64,000 nt of DNA, from NCBI GenBank assembly GCA_025558095.1, contig JAIVFI010000039.1, forward strand, positions 421,555 to 485,554, written 5' to 3'. The position numbers and the translations under genes were made by a program. The DNA comes from Hyaloraphidium curvatum SAG 235-1. Its lineage: Eukaryota > Fungi > Monoblepharomycota. Below are positions 58,456 to 64,000 of the stretch, piece by piece; within the stretch, counting starts at the first letter, position 1; each line of letters opens with the position of its first letter. The notes below the pieces were generated by a model. The model searched no databases. It was not told the DNA's origin and saw only the letters and a list, made by a program, of their open reading frames with translations.

Positions 58456-60273
58456 TCATGCGGTGTACCTAACAAAGACGGGCCCGTCCGCCTCCCGCAC
58501 CCTCCACCTCGCCGTCCCCACCGGCGCCACCCTGACCCCCAGGAAGTCCGTCACGTTGGACACCTTTTTCGGGAGCACCACGTCGAACGATCGCCATGCC
58601 GCCTCGGCCCAGACCACCAGCGTGCGCACGCGCCCGGGCCCGTCGAGCCGCAGCGCATGCAGGCCCGGCGGCAACCCCGCCAGCATCCCCGCGGGCACCG
58701 CCGGGCGCGCGGCGAGGAACAGCGTCTTGACGGCGGTGTAGGCGGGCTTGGGCCTCCCCGACGCCTCGAGCAGGCCGAAGTTGCACTCGGCGTCCGTGGC
58801 GTCCCCGCCGGCGCACCCCGTGTCGTCGAGCAGGTCATACCACACGGCCATGCGGAAACCGAGCAGCCACGAGGTGAGCAGGGTGCGGGAGGCGAGGACC
58901 GCCTGCCGTCTGCGCGCCGCGGGGGAGCGGCCGTCGCCGTACTCCTCGGCGGAAAAGTAGCCGAAGGAGGGGTAGCCCCACTCGGTGTTCCAGAGCGGGG
59001 GGAGGGGGCGGCCGTACGGGCGGAGGGAGCGGAGGAACATGGCGTCCGCGGCGGCGGACTCGGGGGCATCGCCGCGGTACGGGTGCACGCCGAACGCGGC
59101 CGAGGAGTTGGCCGCGCCGCGGTAGGCGACGTCGCCCGCGTATCCGAGACCCTCGTGCGATGCGATCCCGGTGATGCCGCCCGTGCAGACGACGGCGCCC
59201 GGCGCGGCGCGGACGACGGCGGCCGCGGCGTCGGCGGCGAGCTGGGCGAACGAGGCGGGGGAGAGGAAGAAGGGACCGCCGGGCTCGTTCCAGACCTCGT
59301 AGCGCGCACGGGTGCCGTAGCGTTTCGCGGCGGCGGCTGCGTAGCGCACGAACGCCGCGCGCTGGGCCGCAGTCTCCGGGTACCCACCGTACAGGTCGTT
59401 GCCGTAGTCGAGGATCCAGAGCGGGGACAGGCCGGCCCGGGCCAGCTTGGCGGCCCAGGCGTCGTAGGTCGAGAAGTCGAACACGCCCTTTGCGCGCTCG
59501 ACGTCTGGCCAGTACAGGTCCGTGCGCACGAACGAGAAGCCGGCAGCCTTGGCCATGTTCAGCAGGGAAGCGGGCGTGCGCGGGTTGGCGGCGACGCCCA
59601 GGATGGACTGCAGCGGGGGCGGCCTGGAGGCCGCGACCAGGCCTCCCGCAGGCAGGTTGACGGGGCCGCTCATGTCCGCGACCACGGCCACATCGTCGAT
59701 GGCGACCTCGCCCCTGCCGAACGCCCCGCCGTCGGTGGACCCGGCGTAGCGCGGCTCGACGATGACGAACAGCAGCGTGAATGCGCCCGAGAAGTTGCCC
59801 GAGCCGTCGCCGCCCCAGTGGTCCGTGAAGAGCGCGAGCGGCGCCTCGACGCGCACCCACTTTTGCACGGCGCCGGTCTCGAGCGCCACGGTCCCCAGCG
59901 CGGCGGCGGTCTGGAACGTTTGATCGCGCGAGTCCACCATCCGCAGCACCATTAAAGACATGGGGTCGGCTTTCGCCCACAGCCGGAGGCCGCCGCGCGG
60001 CGGCACGGCGACCGGCGCCGCGGGCGAGAACAGCGCGGCGACATAGTTGCCGCACACGGGCGGCGCCGCACACGTCTCGTAGCTGATGAGCAGGCCGCTG
60101 CCGGTGCGGCCCTGCCCGATGCCGATGGACCCCGCGGCGCCCGGGAACTCGGGGCCCTCGGTAAAGTCCCACCCGTCGAGCGGCGCCGCGCCGTCAAAGT
60201 CGGCGAGCGTCTGCGCAGACGCGGCGGCCGCAGAGAGGAGGATGAGGAGGGCCGCCGGCCGCCGGGGGCGCAT
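58456..60273 (-). CDS. Secreted clan GH-A glycoside hydrolase (GH5/GH39-like) with an N-terminal CBM-like domain, intronless
   Basis: Signal peptide, VRTDLYWPDVE..GVFDFSTYD, ILDYGN, YEVWNEP, VHPY, WNTEWG, NFGLL..PKPAY. Confidence 0.85.
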   Translation of the reverse strand: MRPRRPAALLILLSAAAASAQTLADFDGAAPLDGWDFTEGPEFPGAAGSIGIGQGRTGSGLLISYETCAAPPVCGNYVAALFSPAAPVAVPPRGGLRLWAKADPMSLMVLRMVDSRDQTFQTAAALGTVALETGAVQKWVRVEAPLALFTDHWGGDGSGNFSGAFTLLFVIVEPRYAGSTDGGAFGRGEVAIDDVAVVADMSGPVNLPAGGLVAASRPPPLQSILGVAANPRTPASLLNMAKAAGFSFVRTDLYWPDVERAKGVFDFSTYDAWAAKLARAGLSPLWILDYGNDLYGGYPETAAQRAAFVRYAAAAAKRYGTRARYEVWNEPGGPFFLSPASFAQLAADAAAAVVRAAPGAVVCTGGITGIASHEGLGYAGDVAYRGAANSSAAFGVHPYRGDAPESAAADAMFLRSLRPYGRPLPPLWNTEWGYPSFGYFSAEEYGDGRSPAARRRQAVLASRTLLTSWLLGFRMAVWYDLLDDTGCAGGDATDAECNFGLLEASGRPKPAYTAVKTLFLAARPAVPAGMLAGLPPGLHALRLDGPGRVRTLVVWAEAAWRSFDVVLPKKVSNVTDFLGVRVAPVGTARWRVREADGPVFVRYTA

Positions 60274-60650
60274 CGCGGGGTTGCCGCTGTGGCAGCCGCT
60301 GCGGCAGCCGGTGGTTCTGACGCACCTGCAAGGCCCGACCCGACTTTGCCACACCGCCTTCCCGACCAGTTTCTTCGCCGCGCAACAGGGAGAGCAGAGC
60401 GCCCACGCGGCGCGGAACACGAAGAGCGCTACCTTGTCCGGCGGCTCCGGGCCGGAAGCTTCCGCCGTTGTATCCACGTAGTCGACCGCCTCGGCCTCGG
60501 GACGCGGTCCAAAGCGGCCTTCCTGGCGTCCGCGCCCTCCGAGCCCGGGGCCTGCCGAACCACTCAGCTTCGAACCCTGACAATCCTGCTGACCGATGCG
60601 ACTTGCAGAGCTTTCGCGAACGTGCGGGATGCTGATCGTCCTGGCCACTT

Positions 60651-62050
60651 CTACACGTTCGACGGTACCGTGCTCCACCCGCCGTTCTCACCTCCTGACA
60701 GGTCGTCTTCCGCGCTCTCGGTGTCCCTGATCCTCGATTCCTCGTCGGTGATCGATTCCCCTCCCCGCGCTCCCGCAAGCCGGGCGACGGACCAGCCCCC
60801 GATCCGGCCGCGGTCGCCGCACCCCCCGAGATCGGCAAGCTTGAACGAGTCGTCCTCATCCGAGTTCACGATCACCAGGAACGCGATTCCGTCCAGCAGC
60901 CGGTCCCGCTCGGCGTCGTCCAGGGGCTCGTCGTTCGCTCCGCCGTCGTTCGTTCCGCCGACGGCCGCCCCGATAAGCTGCCAGCCCTCGTAGATGGTGG
61001 TGATCCCGAGCCTAGTGCTTGCATCATCGCTGTCCCGGCGGCTCAGAAACCGGGCATCGGGCATCCGGCGGCGGGCTTCGACGAGGTAGGCAACGAGGAA
61101 GCGCAGGACGTCGCCGCGGGTGCGGAAGAGCCCCCGGGCGGCGGTGTCAACCGAGAGCACCTCGCGGATGGCATCCGGGGGGAGCACGGAGCCGGAATCA
61201 TCGTACAGGAGGGCGCCGAGCATGCCGGCTCTGTCGGCCAAGGGGCATCCGCCATGCAAGGGGTACCAGACCTGCCACGAGTCGGCCTTGTCTTGGGGGG
61301 GTATGTCGTCCAGCAGGACGGAAAGGACCGCCGCGATGCCGCCTACGAACTCGGCGAGCAGGCCGCGGTCCCCCCGAGCCGCTCCACGAACGCGCCGCCA
61401 AGCCGCTTCAGCAACTCCATGTGCAGGTGTGGGATCCCGAACGACAGTTACCGCATGTACCCGAGACCGCAGGCAAAGTCCCTGGCCTCGAACCGGCTGC
61501 GCCAGTCTTCCAGCTCCGCAACCATCCTCCACCGTTGCCTGGTCGACAGGGACTCCAGCTCCAGGATCAAGTCCCGCTGCTCGGCCCTCGGGACGCCGGC
61601 CAGCTCGAGGAACCGCACGGCGTGGTGCGGCCCCTTCGAGTCCAACGTGCGGCCCAGCGACACCCCGGCGTCAAGCTGGCACCGCAATTCGGCACGGGAC
61701 AGCTGCAGGCTCGTGAAGACCTGCGCAAGGCCGGCCAGCGACAGGCGGAGGTGCCGCCCGAGCTGCGCGACGACGCAGCTCTCGCCGGGCACGCCAACCG
61801 CGCGCAGCAGGCCGCCCACGCCCGCGGCGTCCATTGGGGAGCCTTCCAAGAGCTGAGCGCGCAGCATCTCGCGCGCAAAGCGGGCGGGTGCCTTTTCCTC
61901 CACCAGCATCGTCCGGGCCGACGCGACGAACGCGGTGGTCGCCGCGGGCAGGACGCGTCGGCAGACGAAGCGGAGGGCGTGCGCCTCGGCGGGTGGCAGC
62001 AGCGAGAAAATCGCGAGCTGAAGCTCGTAGGGAATGCCGAGCAGCGACAT
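60651..62050 (-). pseudogene. F-box protein gene, disrupted
   Basis: MSLLGIPYELQLAIFSLLPPAEAHALRFVCRR. TAA at 61448-61450 and a frame change near 61370 into ORF 60651..61532. Confidence 0.65.
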
Positions 62051-62190
62051 CGGCCGCGCAGCGGAGGAGAGATGGCCGGGGGACTGCAGCAGCACCTCGT
62101 AGTCCAAACGCGCCGGGAGGCGTCGAATCCATCGATCTTGACCAGTGGACGCGTACTCACTGCCAAACGATCGCGCATCGGTCCAACACT

Positions 62191-63419
62191 TCATTCGTGG
62201 AGGCCGAACAGCACCGAGTCCGACTTCGGATCCGCCGCCGGCGGCCCGCCCGACCTCTGGGGAGCGACCGCCCCTCCCCGCGTTCCCCAAACATCGCACG
62301 CACCAGCGCAGTTGCCGTTCGAGTAGTCCGCCACCGTCTCGTCGAGCAACACGCTCCCCCGGGCGTTGAAGAACGCCCCCACGACGACCCCCGACGCGTT
62401 GCCCTGCCGCTGGGGGATAACGAGGACGCCGTACATCGTCAGAGGCATCGCGGCACGTGCGATGGTGGCGGCGAGGGCAAGGGGGCGGGCGACGGAGGCC
62501 AGCGCGGAGCCGGTCTGGGAGGGGAGGGTGACAAAGGCGCTGGCGATCAGCGCCGAGCGCTGGCCCCAGGTGAAGGTAGGGCGGGAGGGGAAGGTGCTGT
62601 GGAAGGCAAGGGCGGCGAAGCGGTCGACGACGATGTTGCTCGCCCGGCCGGTGCCGTTGGCGAGCTTGAGGGGGGCAAAGCGGAAGTGCGCCTGGTGCTG
62701 GCTGCGGCCGTTCTTGGGGTTCAGCAGAATGCCCCTGTCGCACAAGAGAAGGGCGGTGCCAGTGGAGCGAGGACGAGGTGACGGAGGAGAAGCGAGGGCA
62801 AGGTCAGGACGATACGGACGAACGCCAGGGAACGCGCGACCCACCACTTCGCGGGGTGCGCCCCGCCGGGAACACCGAACCCTCGTGCCCTGGCTTCGTC
62901 AAACGCGTATCCCCAGTACTTCTCTCCCTGCGCTCCCGCGCAAAGCGGGTCCGGCGACTCGATGCCCGTGCACGGCCGCGTGGGCACCAGCATGAAGTGG
63001 TCCCGCGTGAAGCACCCCCGGCCGGGGGAACGCGGGTCTTCCTCCCTGCTCCTCATCACCGCGTAGCCCTTGGACGGCCGCGGCTCGCACCGCTCGGCAG
63101 GGGTGCACTTCCGCGTGGCGATGAGGCGGAGGACGCAGCGCGGGCAGCCGAGGCGGGCGTCGGTGCAGGGCGCGTCGAAGTCCGGCTGGCAGTACGTCCA
63201 CGGCCGGGCGTCGCTGTCTGGGTCCGTCGTCGGCGCCAGATAGCGCGGGCAGCCGCGCGAGGCGGCGCACAGCCGGCCGGGGCAGGGCGGCGGGTCGAGG
63301 GCGCACCGCGGGTCGCACACGCCGCGGGGGTAACCCGGGTTGGTGGGGGCGTTCGTGGCCGCGGCGGAAGCGGCGAGCACGAGGGGAAGGAAGGTGAGGA
63401 CGGCCCCCCGAGCGCGCAT
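62191..63419 (-). CDS. Secreted Cys-rich protein with a CDP-diacylglycerol diphosphatase (Cdh)-like domain
   Basis: Signal peptide, GYAVMR..HFMLVPTRPCTGIESP..YWGYAFDEAR. Intron 62735-62844, then GILLNPKNGRSQHQAHF. The 3' end is uncertain. Confidence 0.65.
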
Positions 63420-63838
63420 CGCGCCATGGGACCGAGATTAGGACGTGGGGGATCGCGGAGAACCGCGGGAACTGGCGCAGCTCGGGCGATTTTTGTTTTT
63501 GATTACCTGGAGATTGAACAATCTATTAAGGAAAATAATGTTTACTGACCCGAATCCGGAGCCCGTTTCCACGCCATTTTGCGCGATTCTGGCCCGTTCC
63601 CGGCTCTCCTGGCGCGTCTCGAGACCTCCCGATTGCCTCCCTGGTGCTCGATGTGGAGTTCTGCGGCGCCGGGGTCCAGGACATGGTGCTCTTCCCGGAC
63701 CTTGCGCGGAGTCGCCTCGCGGGCTGCAGTCCTCCTGGAAACACGGTTAACCGATGATTTTATCTTTTCTATGGAGCAGTTTGCCAGTGGAACCTGAAGC
63801 AACGCGTTTCCGGACTCTTGGGGCACGGTAAACCAGGG

Positions 63839-64000
63839 TTAGGTTAGGTTAGGTTAGGTTAGGTTAGGGTTTAGTTAGGGTTTAGGTAGGTTAGGTTAGT
63901 TAGGTTAGGTTAGGTTAGGTTAGGTTAGGTTAGGTTAGGTTAGGTTAGGTTAGGTTAGGTTAGGTTAGGTTAGGTTAGGTTAGGTTAGGTTAGGGTAGGT
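63839..64000 (+). repeat. Telomeric repeat (TTAGG)n
   Basis: About 30 TTAGG units run to the end of the window, G-rich strand pointing outward. A few TTAGGG, TTTAGG, TTAG and TAGG variants. Confidence 0.97.

Noticed and set aside
8273-61450. Stop-codon reassignment to explain the in-frame stops
   Set aside because: TAA, TAG and TGA all end intact genes here (e.g. 3956, 46281, 15521), and most affected genes also carry frameshifts.
1-64000. Bacterial origin or contamination of the window
   Set aside because: Spliceosomal introns, a telomere and eukaryote-specific domains are interleaved with the bacterial-like genes.
1-64000. tRNA, rRNA, transposase or reverse-transcriptase genes
   Set aside because: None were recognised by eye; tRNAscan-SE, Infernal and a repeat search would be needed to exclude them.

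Overview
Terminal 64 kb of a chromosome from a very GC-rich, gene-dense eukaryote. Introns are short (mostly 50-110 nt, GT-AG, CTGAC/CTAAC branch sites) and the window ends in a (TTAGG)n telomere. The gene content (hevein/CBM18 arrays, zf-MYND expansion, ANK-TKL kinase, fungal-type MFS transporters) suggests an early-diverging zoosporic fungus such as a monoblepharid; this is inference. About 35 genes or gene fragments can be read. They include a PPR protein, arylsulfatase, sulfite oxidase, two PhyH dioxygenases, GH51, NmrA and SDR oxidoreductases, two MFS transporters, GST, GT2, a cystathionine gamma-lyase/synthase, an acyl-CoA carboxyltransferase, a trypsin-like protein and a GH-A hydrolase. 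Several intronless genes look bacterial, and many genes carry stops or frameshifts. Highlights: (1) a spliced Cys-less pentameric ligand-gated ion channel with an extra fifth TM helix and a DxDxDG motif in its tail; (2) two convergent surface-protein genes sharing a choice-of-anchor-A domain through a perfect 434-bp inverted repeat that ends exactly at an intron present in only one copy; (3) a dispersed, intronless, mostly decaying zf-MYND family, one member apparently split by a GT2 gene; (4) a stand-alone bacterial solute-binding protein and a secreted Cdh-like protein; (5) peroxisomal targeting signals on unexpected enzymes; (6) a TTAGG telomere directly after the last gene. All family assignments come from motif recognition by eye; no searches were run.
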